From contig NW_003314302.1 in assembly GCF_000143415.4 (NCBI RefSeq), forward strand, positions 768,736 through 832,735: a stretch of 64,000 nucleotides of DNA, written 5' to 3'. Below, piece by piece: positions 35,485-48,174 of this stretch. Numbering within the stretch: the stretch's first letter is position 1; each line of letters starts with the position of its first letter. The DNA is from Selaginella moellendorffii. Its lineage: Eukaryota > Plantae > Lycopodiophyta. The notes beneath the pieces were generated by a model. That model did no database searches, was not told where the DNA came from, and saw only the letters and a program-made list of their open reading frames with translations. Both the position numbers and the translations under genes were made by a program.

Positions 35485-36912
35485 CGAGGTGACCCTTTGG
35501 TATATAGCTAGGAAGGAGAGAGAAAGAAGTACTAGGGAATGAGCGACGTTACTTTCTCGTACGTGGTGGAGGGGTTTTTGCAGATCCAATAAAGTGGGAT
35601 GAACTCGCTGGACCTCTTGGGGGATGCATCCTTGGATTGGCACGGTACGTAGCTTTGCTCTTCACTTTTGATCGATCTCTTTTCATCTCTTCTTCTCAGG
35701 TAGGATTTATCTAGTGCTCAGGAGGAGTTTGCATCCTTGCTGTGTTCATCCCGCTCCACACTTGAAGAGTATAGCTGGGTACGTGAGAAGTTTGCGAAGT
35801 TTTTAAGGATAGCCAAGAAAACAGGAGTTGGCTTTCGTTTTGGTTTGAAGATATTTCGGTACCTTTTTTAACAGCGAGCTTAGCCGAGAGAGAAGAATGA
35901 AGAAGAATTAATTAGCCCAGAGATGAAGATGAAGAAGAAGGGGAAAAAGGACGAGTGTGTAAGTGTGTGTGTGTGTAGTGTTGACCTTTTTGTGGGAAAA
36001 AGAAGATTCCAAAAGTGTTTGATTCCTGGATTCGCTCCAGATTGATTGATCACGTATCCATGATCATATTGGTGGAGGGAATGGATTTGAAGGACTTGCT
36101 CTTGACTCTTTTTTGACAGTGTCAAAAGCAAGTCCCCTTGCTTGTGTGCACTACACTGCATGATTTGGACGTACCAATGCTGGAATAAATTGTACCAAAT
36201 GGACGCCCAGATTCTATTCCCATTCTCTTGCGACTGTTTACCACAGGTTATCGAAGCAAATACCTCGCTTAACCACGTTACTAAGCTGTGTGTGTTCTTC
36301 CAAATCATTGTGGTTGGAACCTTGATGATTAAAACCAAGGTCAGGACGTGCACGCGATCACATCATTTGTTTGGGCGATTCTCTGCGAGTGGAGGGCTAA
36401 AGTCAAACTTTGGGTGAAATTTGTCAAAGGGTAAAAACCAGTCTCTCTTGACTCTATATTCTAGATTCCCCATGGATAGAAAGTTCTTTCCCCCCCCCCC
36501 CCCCCCCCCCCAAAAACAAGTTGCGGTACTCCCTAGAAATCGAGTAAAGTTTATATGCTCTCACCATATTCTACAGTATTCCCCTCTGGATCGAACCAAT
36601 GTTTCTTTCCTCTTCTTTGGTACTAGAAAGCATTGATCTGTCCCACTGAGACTTGTATCATTTGCGCATTCCGGATGAGAGATTTCTCCATTTTATATTC
36701 TTTAACGCTCAAAGGCATAGTTTAAGTTTTCTTTCAATTTTATTAAGTTAATATTACTATAAATGCCAGGAACACAATGTTATATTTGATATTCTTTACT
36801 TTGATCATAAAATTCTCCATGCCAGTGACCACCAGCCCAGCATTTCAAAGTTCTTCCGTGCAGCACAAACTCGACTTTGTGTTCTTCTGGACAGACCCGG
36901 AATTGTTCTCCT

Positions 36913-36963
36913 GCCACGTGGCGGCCGTATGCGGAGTCCCGCCTTTCCTCCGGTCGAATATTC
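36913..36963 (+). promoter_or_regulatory. G-box (GCCACGTGGC) and P1BS-like site (GAATATTC) upstream of the MYB-CC gene
   Basis: Motifs at 36913-36922 and 36956-36963, about 320 bp upstream of ATG 37279. Confidence 0.4.
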
Positions 36964-37278
36964 TCTGCACCATTCCTATCCGGAATCCGGAATGGTGGTG
37001 GCATCCACGGCCCAGATTTGCCGGGTCGAGCACAGGGACCAAATAAATAGTTTTGGAGGCCTTACATTGTTTGCCTCATTCAATCTCTTTGGTGGGTTTT
37101 CTACTTTGGTAAAAAAAACTATCGATGCTTCGCTTGGGTTGCTTGAAGATATTTTTCGAGTTTTTAAACTTGAATTCCATGGGAGCAGTAGTGAGAGTAG
37201 TGACAGTGGCGATCCTCTTCTAGTTTGTTTTTTCTAGCTTTTTTTTTTTGGAGAGACTCACCCTCACTCCACTTGGAT

Positions 37279-38606
37279 ATGTATCAAGTGAAAAATTTCT
37301 CTCCGGGTACGAATTTCATGTCCCAGCAGCAGCAGCAGCAGCCAACTTTGTACACTGGATTGAGCGTCGAGCAGGCGAAAATCTCTGCGTCCGAGCCTAA
37401 ACCAAGGCTCCGATGGACACCCGAGTTGCATGAGCGATTCGTGGAGGCTGTCACTCAGCTGGGAGGAGCCGAGAGTAAGCCGAAAGTCCCAGAAATCCCA
37501 GAAAGTTCCACTATAAAGTTCTAATGTTATGCCTCTTTCTCGATCACTGCAAAGCTAATTCTAAAATTTGGATTGGAATGGATGTAGAGGCGACACCAAA
37601 ATCCGTGATGAGGATCATGGGAGTCAAAGGCCTTACTTTGTATCATCTCAAAAGCCACCTTCAGGTTTTTTGCTTTTTTTCTTGGATTTTCTGGCTGCAG
37701 TTCTTGATGCTTTGCTTTCATCAGAAATTTCGTCTTGGGAAGCAACTCAACAAGGATACAAACGTCGCAAACAGAAATGGTAGAAAAGCTTTCCTCGCAT
37801 TATACTATTACCTATAATGTTTCAAGCAAGCATTGAGTCCCAAACATTGCTTTACATTTTGTGTGCAGCCAGCATTGTATCATACAACACACCCAATGCT
37901 CAGGATTTGATAGCCCAGCAGGGTCACCTTTCCTCATCCTCATCTGAGTAAGCTCCATCCTTTTTCCCCAAATCTTCTGTAACCACTAGCTTGTCCTCAT
38001 CACTTTGCAAGTTCTCAAATCACAGAAGCTCTGAGGCTACAAATGGAGGTGCAAAAGAAGCTACATGAACAACTTGAGGTAAAGTTTTCTAATTTCTGTA
38101 ATTAATTATAATTTTTAATTTTCTTACAACTTATACAGGTTCAAAGGCATCTACAGTTGCGAATCGAAGCCCAGGGGAAATATCTCCAAGCTCTCTTAGA
38201 AAAGGCGAGGGAGACTTTTTCTGTAGGAGGCCAGGATCTGAACGCTTCAGTAAAACTGGAACTTTCCAAAGCTGCATCAAGTGCCGAGACCACGCTGGAG
38301 CAGCAGCTTCTTTTTGCGAGAGAACAGAGGCTTCAGTCACACAATCTTCATCAGGTATTAGCAGGCCAGCAGCAAAGTGGGATCAAGAAACCAACGAGGA
38401 TATTTGGTGGAATTGAGCCCTGGATGCGTCTCAAACGCGAGGAGGGAATGTTAGATCAAGGTTTAGTAACACTTTCTTTGCAAAAGCCCCAAGCTCATCA
38501 TATAATGGGCAACAAGATGGAGCAAGGTTTGGACCTGAACTGCAAAGAAGTGAACGGTCTTGACTTGAATGAGTTTGGTTGGGCAGCTGGTCCAACAGAA
38601 TCTTAG
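37279..38606 (+). CDS. MYB-CC (GARP/PHR1-like; MYR/PHL-type) transcription factor, multi-exon
   Basis: KPRLRWTPELHERFVEAVTQLGG.KATPK..LTLYHLKSHLQKFR; coiled coil LQMEVQKKLHEQLEVQRHLQLRIEAQGKYL; two C-terminal LDLN motifs. Confidence 0.95.
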
Positions 38607-38729
38607 CAAAAGTTAAGAAGTTAATATAATTCGGAGTAAAACGTTATAAAGATAAAGCTCGGTTTACTCCAAAAGGTAAAGAATTGTATATAAATCAGGG
38701 TTTCGGGTTGTGACTCTATATTTGTGCCC

Positions 38730-39434
38730 ATGCTTCATAGTGAGGACCGATCTTGCAGTCTCACGAAGAGTTTACAGACTTGGTTGAACCAGAGGAAGCG
38801 TTCTCCACGGCTCCGTTCTTCGATCCAACATCCATACCCTAAGTCCAAGACGTTGACTTGGTCAAACAAAGGAAAGCGTTCTCCACGCAAGGCGGCTCTG
38901 GAAGGACCCAAGATAAGTTCTTTCGATAGCGAGATGGTGGACCAAGAACTTAGAGAGCCCAAGCGAAGAAAGGTGGACGGCGATGAGGGTGTCAATTTGG
39001 GCAAATATTCTTGCCATCAAATGGATTCCACATCTTCTTCATACACAAAGTGGAGACCCCAGAAGTACGACAGGCCTCTAAACATCACGGACAAAGCTCA
39101 CTGGTTTCCACTGTTTGGCAAGAGACTGACCAAGGGGGACGTCGATACACTAGACACATTGATCTTCTCTGTCCACGAGGAGTCGAAGCTCCCAAGACTC
39201 GATGATGACGAGAAGATTCCCATGGAGTTTGTGGACGAAAAGGGCGCTGTTTGGGAGTTCGGATACAAGAAGGGGAAGAGAGGGCCGAGCTTGGTCACAA
39301 ATCAGTGGATTCAATATGTGAGAGAGAACTCGCTCCAAGAAGGAGACATTGTGTGCTTCTACAAGAAGATGCTCATGAATCCCTTGGCACCAAAGTTTGG
39401 AATCACTTTCTTCAAAATTCCTAAGTCCAACTAG
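38730..39434 (+). CDS. Intronless B3-domain protein
   Basis: LFGKRLTKGDV..L...FVDEKGAVWEFGY....LVTNQWIQYVRENSLQEGDIVCFYK. Confidence 0.8.
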   Translation: MLHSEDRSCSLTKSLQTWLNQRKRSPRLRSSIQHPYPKSKTLTWSNKGKRSPRKAALEGPKISSFDSEMVDQELREPKRRKVDGDEGVNLGKYSCHQMDSTSSSYTKWRPQKYDRPLNITDKAHWFPLFGKRLTKGDVDTLDTLIFSVHEESKLPRLDDDEKIPMEFVDEKGAVWEFGYKKGKRGPSLVTNQWIQYVRENSLQEGDIVCFYKKMLMNPLAPKFGITFFKIPKSN

Positions 39435-40296
39435 AAACAAAAAAAAATAAATCAGAGTATTATTAAGGTATAACTTGTAAGGTTGGACTTTGATTGTTGA
39501 TGATACTGACTAATCTAAGTCAAAAGTTCCCAAGACTGTCTACCTTAGACAAAGCTGCAGGCCAAAATAGTTCAATAGTTACCGTCACAGCTCATTTACC
39601 TGATCTCTTCACCCAACGAGATAGAGAAAGAGACCCAACAGATGTGGACTTGAGGCTTGGATATTTTTCTAAAGCTTTGGATTGGATGGGGTGTTTTGGA
39701 CCCTTCTGGCTCCTAAGGGGTGTGCAGTTTCGCCACCTTTTCAAAGAGTTTTCTTTTATAAAATTTACAACAAAAATAAAAAGCTGGAAAAGCATAGCAG
39801 CTTTTCAAGGGCATCCATCATCTTCCACTCTGTCTGTATACCTCTGTGCCCAAGCTGGGGAAGTTGATAACTAACTTACTCAATATCCAAAACAACAAGG
39901 TTGGAAAGGCCAATCCTATGCCAAAAAGACATTGAATAGCAACGTCCACGTTCACACACAAGTTGCTTCCAGAACTCAAATGAGCTGGCTAGCATGTTCA
40001 AAAGTCAGTGCTCCAGTGCTGGACCACCTTTGACCAGTCAACTCTTTGTTTTCCTCTTCTGTTTTTTTCACCTTTTTTTTTTCTTCCTAAATGAATGGTT
40101 AGAGTTCTACATTATAATGTAAAATTATGTAGAATGCCTGGGTCCTCTCTTGTGTTACTTATTCTCTTCAATGTTGTCTGTGCCGAGTTGAGTTCTAACC
40201 TCTATTCTTTCTGCCTGTTTTTTCTTGTTTTCTTTCCTGGTTTGATGTGGGATGTGGATGCGCTTTTTGTGGCTTTTGTGGGATGGAAGTGAAGAA

Positions 40297-42295
40297 TCAA
40301 TTGTGTGAGGACGAAGATGAGCCTCCTGCAGCTGAAGTGCCCTGTGACGATGAAGTTGGCGGGTATTGTTGATGTTGATGTTGTTGCTGCTGTTGTTGTT
40401 GCAAGGACCTTGAAGATGAAGATGTTGTGGGGTGTGTTGTCAACCCTGAATGAGAACACAAACACCTGCTGAATTGGTACGTCTCAATGGCGAATTCATT
40501 CCCACAGAAATGCAAGCTTGACTTTAGAAAGTCGGAGTTACCTGGTTGTGTAGTGGAAGCACCACCAGCTGAAGGTGGTGGAGAGATTGCAGACGCACCA
40601 GCAGCAGCAGTAGCGTTGTACATAGCCGATGCGGGCGGCGACGACGAGGACGACGGCGATGGCAGAGGTGAAGTTGGCGCTAGGGGTGAATACTGCACAA
40701 CTTGAGGGTGGCCATGGTGGTGTTGCATGCCTCCAGCAGGAGAATAAGGCTGACCACCACCAGAGGGATAGGTGGATCCAATCTGGTTGAAGCCAGAGTA
40801 TGTATACACTGCTGCTGGATTGCTTATGGTGCTGCTGCCACTACTACTTCCACCATAGACAGCTGAAAGTTGTGGATTCCCGTAAGGATACAGGCTCTAC
40901 AAAAAAAAAAAGGAAAAAAAAAAAAAAAACAAAAACAAAAACACAAGGCAAAGACGCCATAGTACGAAAAGCTTGAGAACTATGGCCTCCTTGGGATTGC
41001 ATAAAAAGCGAAAAAAAAAAACGAGGGAAAGGGATAAAGAAGAAGAATGTGTAGAGAGTATAGAGCTGGAGGAAGATTAGGGATGAGGGTGGTGGTAAGG
41101 TACCTGGTAAGAGTACTCCGAGGGGACGTAAGCGTATCTGGAGGAATAGGTTGGAATAAAACTTCGTTTCGATCGATCGATCGATCGATTGTGGAAGGAA
41201 ACTTACCCGTATGGAGTGGCGGCGTATGAGAACCCGGCTTGAGGATACGAGAATGGAGCGGCGGGCATCTGTGGAAACGATGACGAGGCCCCGCCGGGAG
41301 AATAGCTTGCTGCCCCGACTTGAGAGCTCCCGAGAACTGGGGAGAAGTGACGAACTCTCGAAGCACCTGAATTAACAGCCAAGAATGTTTTTTAATGTCG
41401 AAAGCGCGTCCAGAGAGGGAGTGAGGACATAAGAGAACTAAAAAACCAGTTTTTTCCACGGCCAACAATCAAAGCTGATCGATCTTGTAGCTAGAAGTTC
41501 GAGAAATGGGAAGGAAAGAATCGTACCTTGATGAAATGGTGGGAACCTCGGCCTCACTCCAAGTGCTGCAAGGTTGCAGTTTGCTCGCCGGCCATCGATA
41601 ACCGGCGTTGGATTCTCGCAAGCTCGTCGTGCCGACTCGGGATCCTTGAAAGTTACCTGTTCCAACCAAAATTTTTATCATTTCCAATGCTTGTGAAGTT
41701 ACTGCAGCCAGGCATTTCGATCCACATTCGCTCGGGAAGACAAGATAAAAAAAAGGGTGGGGAAAAAGAGAAAATGGGAAAAAAAAAGAGAACTTTGCCG
41801 GATTCTCATCCGTTAGTTCACTTGGGTCCGTCACGAAAAGAACAAAGAAAAATCACCCAAGCAAGCTGGCAACTTGGCAAGGATGGGATCCACAGACAAC
41901 CCAGCTAAGAAAAGTTCTTAGCCCAAACAGTGGAGGGAAAAAAGAAAAAGATAAAGGAAGAGCCAAGCAAGAGATAGATCATGGATAGAACCAAAACCAA
42001 GAAAGAATCGAGGAGACAAAGGAGAGAAGAAAGGAGTGAATTCACGCACAAAGCCATAGCCTTTGGAGCGCCCAGTGTTCTTGTCCGTGATCACCACAGC
42101 CTCTAGAATCTCGCCAAACTGCTCAAAGTACTGCCGCATCGTGTCGCGCTGCGTCTCCCAAGCCAGGCCCCCGACGAAGATCTTGGTGAGAGTGGTGTCG
42201 CCAAACTGAGATCCCCCTAAACCTCCGTGATGGACGTGCTGGGAATGAGAAGATCCTCCTCCTCCTCCCCCTCCCCCTTGCTGCGGCTCGGCCAT
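40297..42295 (-). CDS. RRM protein, RBM24/RBM38 (ARP1)-like, multi-exon
   Basis: [79 protein letters not shown]; Y/P/Q-rich tail. Confidence 0.92.
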
Positions 42296-42758
42296 TCTTC
42301 CTTCTTTTCTCCGGAAATCTTGGAGCTCCAAAATCCTTGGAACGATTTTCTAGAGCTACTGAAGATCAAACCCACCGGAGAGAGATGGTTCCTGCGCCAG
42401 CGCTTGCGCTCAAGCGGCGCTCAAATCTATAGCAAAGAAGGAGATTTCTCCGTGCGCTCCATGTATCCACCTGTGAGCCTTGGATCCAGGAAAAGAGGAA
42501 AAAATCCCTAGCGCTGTGGAGAGTGAGGAGTTTTAATAAGTGGGGAGGGGGAAAAGCGAGGAGCTTGCGAGCACTATGTTGGTCTCTTGCTGCTGCAGCG
42601 ATCCATCGTCCATATGATGATCAAAGCCAGGCAGGGATGATCGAAAAGAAAGAAAAAAAAGAGAGAAAGGATGCGATTTTTTTTTTTTTTCCGGCGAAGA
42701 ACAGCGAATGGACAGCGGGGACAACGTGCACGCAAGTATTACGAACAGCGAAGAGAAG

Positions 42759-42785
<27 letters not shown>
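42759..42785. repeat. (CA)n microsatellite
   Basis: Run of cacaca... Confidence 0.9.
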
Positions 42786-42789
<4 letters not shown>

Positions 42790-43889
42790 TCTCTTACAAA
42801 AACTCTTGGAAAAAAATCACCCAAGAAGGCAAACCAGGAAAAAAAAAGGCTGGGGCGAAGGCTGGAGGCAGCAAACAGCAGAGGAAACCAGCAGAGGTGA
42901 GATAATAGCAAGACAGCTCACTAAAGTCCAGCAGCCAGCCAAGCACAGAAAAACAAAAAAAATAAAACGAATTTTTTTTTTTATGGTTTTTCACATTTTT
43001 ATTGAGATCATGGCACCCCAGTGACAAAAAAATGGACAAAATCGAGAAGGGAAAAGAAAGAGGGAATGTGGATAAATGTGCCAGGATAAAACAAGGATGG
43101 ATGCTGGGAATGCAAGCAAAAGAGGAGAGAAGAGAGGGCGGTCCACCAAAAAAGGGAGAAGGGAATGAGAGCAGCAGCAAGCACTGGTGGATCTGGCAAG
43201 AGTGCGAAAAAACCTAGTTTTGGATCGTTTTTACAGTTGGAAGAGTCCTCCCTCTCTTCCGGGTTTGTGGGAAAATCTCGTAAGAGAAACTTTGGATAAA
43301 AACACTGTGATCTCGGTTACCATAGCTGCCCGGGCGGGCAGCGGGCAAGCCAGCAGCGCGGGCCCACACACGTCATCCGTTGCCGGTCGCTGACGTGGAA
43401 GATTGCCCCACGTGGCGGCTCCTGAGTTGTTGCCGTGATAAGTAAGGAATTTCGAAAGATACGGCGGTGGGAGGTAGATTCGGGGAATCCCCGGCGGGAT
43501 TTGATTTCTTTACGAGGAAGCAGCGGCCACGACCATGAAGATGGCGCGGAGTGACCTAAAAATCTTGGTTTTAAAAGATTCTAACTTCCATGTGGACCAT
43601 TGGAATCGACAGCGATGTTTGCTTGCTCGCCACAAGTTTGGGCGACGCGCGCCATTGTTTGGTGTAAAGGGCGGCCCAAAATCGAAAGCGTCGAGGCACA
43701 TGTTGGGCGATTATTTATTTTCATGATCGAGAGCCCGAATCCCCAACTTTTGCCTAAATGCCTGTTCCCGCGCTTTTTCTCGTTCGCATTATAGGGTTCT
43801 AACTCCCGCTCTTTTTATTGTTTGAATTTAGGGCTATAAAGGCTTCGACCTAATTAGGGCCCTTGGGTTTAGGGTTTTGCGCGACGAGG

Positions 43890-45155
43890 ATGAAGCAGGG
43901 GCGTGGGAAGAGCGGTAGCGATGGCGGCTTGCTTGGCGCCATGCGCATTCACGCGGTGGCGCTTCGCAGCACGCTCGAGGTACGCCTCCTTTCCGGGTAA
44001 ATTTCCACGCGAATTTCTCCGATTTTCAGATGCTCAACGAGCCAGCGCCGTCCGCCTGCGAGAGAGTACCGTGGAGTGATGTCAAGAAAGGGGCGGAGGC
44101 TGTCTCGAAAGAAGCCACGACAAGTAAGTTTCCATCTCCTCGATGTTCCTTGATGTTATTCCCCTCCTTTTTGGGAGTTTTTAAAGCTTTGTTTCTCTCA
44201 CTCAGCTGGAATGCTGTGGAGTGGGACTCCATCGGCGCAAGAGGCTGCGGACAAAGTGGAGAGCTACATCAACACACTGCAAGGCTTTCTCCTCTTGTGC
44301 CATGGGAGCACTGTGGGGGCTGGCCCGACTCTTTTATCCACCGTCCAGGCCGTCGCGAAAGGAGCGTTGGAATCCAGCTTGTCGCTGCTGGAAAGTGCCT
44401 TATCTCTCGGCTCTCAAGGTGATGCGAGCTTTTCCACGATTTCTTTCGATTCTTTTTCTTTGGTCGACTGGGTATTAAGTAAGCTTTTCTCTTTCTTTGT
44501 TGCAGCTGCGAGGCTGGAAGCACTACCGCCTCTTACAGGCTGCGTGTGGGAAGCTTGCGAGCTTGTACTGAAAGCTCCGTCTGATAATCGTACCGCAGTG
44601 GGAAGGGCCATTGTGCAAGTTGGGACTTCCATAAAGGACGTGGTACGTGAAATGAATGAAATTGAATTGGAGCGAGCGGAAGGAACGATTGATGACGATG
44701 ATGGTGATGGAGGAGGCCGCGGCAGCCATTGCAGCAGCGAAGTTGACCCCGAGACACTGAGCTTTGACGCAAAGTTTTCACCTGGAGAGATGGACGTTGC
44801 CAGCGCTGTCAAGGATGTTATCAGCGCCGTGCTCGTCGTGGTAAGGCAGCTGCTCTACGTGGTTACCAAGGCACAGGATACCAGCGCTCCCGGGAAGCTC
44901 GAGAGCTTGGAAAAGATTTTGGAGCAGGCTAGAAGTATAGGTGTGGACGCAGACGAGCTGGGAGCTTCAGTGTATCCGCCACAGGAAATCCAGGAGATAA
45001 GAGCCAGGAGCCGGGGGATCGAGAGTAGCATCCAGATGGTTTTGGCGGAAGTTACAGCGCTGCACGGCAGCGTGCCCGACGACTTGGCTGTGGCTTGCGA
45101 CAAGTCACAGGAGTCTCACTTGGGACTACACGCGAGGCTTTTGGCACTAGCATGA
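43890..45155 (+). CDS. Cyclin-D1-binding protein 1 (GCIP)-like, multi-exon
   Basis: VSKEAT, LQGFLLLCHGSTVGAGPTL, LTGCVWEAC...P.DN.TAVGRAI, IKDVVREM and DELGASVYPPQE. Confidence 0.85.
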
Positions 45156-45252
45156 CAAAGCCGAAGTTATGAGAATGTGAAGCTCTTGCGACCGACCCTC
45201 GTGTTCTAGATGGTCTCTTCGCGGTAAAGCTCGAGCAGCGAAGAAGACGAAG

Positions 45253-46329
45253 ATGGGAGGATTGCTCCTGACTCTGATGGTGCTGCTGGCGATGGCTGCA
45301 GTTCGTACTGGAGCTCAAAACAGCAGCGTCGAGGCAAGAGCCTTCCTTCCAAAGCTAGACTTTTTCGTTAGTACTTCGGTTGTTTGTTCGTTTTTTCGTT
45401 CACGGCAGCTAGCGATGGGAGATTTGCTGGGGACTTTTATCGGAGCTTCTTCGTCTCTAAACGTATGGAACCCAAATGTGGAGATGACGAACGAGTACAG
45501 TGCCTCGCAAATCACTTTGGTCTCCAGCAACCTGACAAACCTCATTGAAATTGGCTGGCACGCAAGTACCTTTGCTTCTTTGGTAAAGTTTCTCTCTTTT
45601 CTCTTTTACCAGGTCTATCCTCTACTGTACGAGGACAATGAAACTCATCTCTTTGTTCGCTGGACGGTAACTGTCTTTCTTTGTATCGCTGCTTTGCTTG
45701 GAGACTGACTTTATATCTTGATAGATACTCGATGAAAGCGGCCGGATTGGATGCTTCAACACCAATTGCCAGGGATTTATCCAAACCTCTACCAACATAA
45801 TTGTGGGACTCACACTGGACAACATGGTCTCGGATTTAAATGGAACGCAGTACACTACGGCTCTGGCTGTTCTCAAGGTACAAAAAAAGCATTTGATTCT
45901 TCCAGTCGTACAAAGATCTCTAAACCACCACCATTGTCTCAGGATGGTCAAGGAGATTGGTGGGTCTACAACGATAACGAGAAAGTTGGATACTTCCCTT
46001 TCGGCCTGTTACCCGAGATGGACAGCGGAGGAGCCGCTATCGTCTCTTTCGGTGGCCGAGTCTTAAACAAGTGGAACGAGAACCGCCACACGTACACCGA
46101 GATGGGCAGTGGCTTCTTCCCTCTCGCAGGCTACGGCTTTTCTGCTTTCCAAGTCGATCTCGTCGTCACGGATGCTGACAACGTAACAACGAAACTGGTT
46201 GGCGAGCATCTCATACAGCTTACCTTTGACAACGTTGGCGATTGCTACTATACGTACGTCGAGCAGCGGACTGGAAGGCTCTACTTTGGTGGCACCGGCT
46301 ACAATCCCAGATGCCAGACGACCACCTGA
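45253..46329 (+). CDS. Secreted neprosin-domain (DUF239) protein lacking the pro-domain, five exons
   Basis: GASSSLNVWNP, SQI, IEIGWHVYP.LY.D, GCFN..CQGFIQ, WWV...VGYFP, FGGRV, MGSGFFP and YFGG.G.NP.C. Confidence 0.85.
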
Positions 46330-46369
46330 TAGATCTTTGTAAGAATCCTTCGCTTAAGGTACCCTCCCT

Positions 46370-48004
46370 CTATGGAGTTTTTCTCTTGGATCCTTGTCTC
46401 TTGTCACGGTGTTTAGAAACCATCGAGAAAACCTGCGTGGTGGTGTTGTGAGAGTTTTGAGAAACTAGCTTTGCTTGCTTACCTTTTTCACTCCACTAGT
46501 GAGTCCCATTTTCTCCAGAGCCGAGTACTTCACCCATTGCGTTCTTGGAAGTGCTTTGGCCTCCATAGCAGCGTTATCATCTAAAGCCAAGAACTTGATA
46601 AGAAACTTGATAAGAGACTATATCACTTACCGGTGGAGGAGATTTGTAACCATTCCACGAACATATTGAGCCGGATGTGTGAGAAGACATGTCTGTAGCT
46701 TCCAACTTCTTCGCGAGTCTTGACACTGGACTTGTCCAGGCTTAAGCCGAGAGAGCTTCGCAGGTACTTGTTGACGCTTGTTCTTCTCGTCTTGGCGGAG
46801 GTCTTTGGATCTTTAAGCAACACGGCCGGGAACTCCCACAGTCCGGCAAGCAAACCATTCTCGGGCCTTTGTACGAGGAGGAACAACGAGCCATCGTCTC
46901 CAAGTGGAAGAAGTTCCACGACGCACACGGCAGTAAACTCTTCTCGCGGTGCCGCTTTGATGGACTTGGCTGGGAAATCTGTGACGCTCACGGCCACTTC
47001 CTTGTCAACTGACTGCTTTTGAAGAAGAAAAGCCTTGCAAGAGCCGGCTATGGGACACCCCGAGCACAAAGGAGCCTTTGTCTTGCACACCGCAGAGCCA
47101 AGATCCATGAGCGCTTGGTTGAAACTTCCGGGCCTTTCCAAGTCTACAATCTCTCCCGCTAGTTTCCTGGAAGAAAAATTTTTGGCATGAGAGTTCCAAC
47201 TTGCGAAAAGCTTACCATAAAAGTTTGGACTCTCGTGTTGCATCTGAGATAGCTCGTAGCCGAGAGATCACACGGATGACATTCACATCCACTGCGGGCA
47301 CCGGCTGTGAGAAAACAATGAAAACAAAGCAATGAGATAACAAAGAACAAAAAAGAACTTAAATGAAAAAACAGTGAAAACAAAGCAAAGAAAAAGTTAC
47401 CTGCTTGAATGCAATGGAAGCAATGGCACCAGCTGTGTAGTTTCCAATGCCAGGGATTTGCCGCAGCTCAGCTACATCTCGAGGGAAAATGCCCCCGGAA
47501 TTTTCTACGATGTGCTTCGCTCCCTGATCGCAAGAACTCGTGAAGCACAAGCGAAAAAAAAAGAGTTTGAATACCTGCCTCGAGAAGGAACCTCGCGCGT
47601 CTGTAATAGCCAAGTCCAGCCCATAGTGAGTTTACTTCCTATGACGAAAAAAGAAGAAGAAGAAAAAATCCTAAGAACAAAAGAGATTTTTTTCGTTGTC
47701 TACAAACCTCTTGAGAAGCTTGCGAGAGATGGCTCAAGCTCGGCCACTTGCTCATCCATCTGGGAAAATAATCTTTCACTCTTCCTACCGTCGTTTGCTG
47801 GAGCATCATCTCCGAGACCCACACAGAGTAAGCTCTCTCCTCCACATTCTCTCCCACAAAATCATCCGGCCGCCATGGAAGATCGCGCTTGTTTCTATCA
47901 TACCAATCCAGCAAATCCCTCCTGATGATCGTCACCTCGTGCTCGTGGAAGCCGCGCCCGCCCAGATCCTCAATGTCGGGTGGATTTGGAGCGATCGATC
48001 GCAT
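46370..48004 (-). CDS. MUTYH: A/G-specific adenine DNA glycosylase MUTY/MUTYH, multi-exon
   Basis: LLDWYDRNKRDLPWR, VWVSEMMLQQT, WAGLGYY, IPGIGNYTAGAIASIAF, VDVNVIR, FNQALMDLG, Fe-S motif C-x6-C-x2-C-x5-C, GLLAGLWEFP and HVFSH. Confidence 0.95.
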
Positions 48005-48174
48005 CGCCACGAAGAACAATGAAAAACCCCAAAAGTTTGAAGAACCCTAAAATTTGCCGTTGGTCGAATCTTATTGCAAAAGAATAGAACATTCTCACAA
48101 TGTACAAAAACAATTTACACCAGCCTATTTCACGCAATCTCTCTGCAAAGCCAAAAAACCAAAGCAATCGACCT

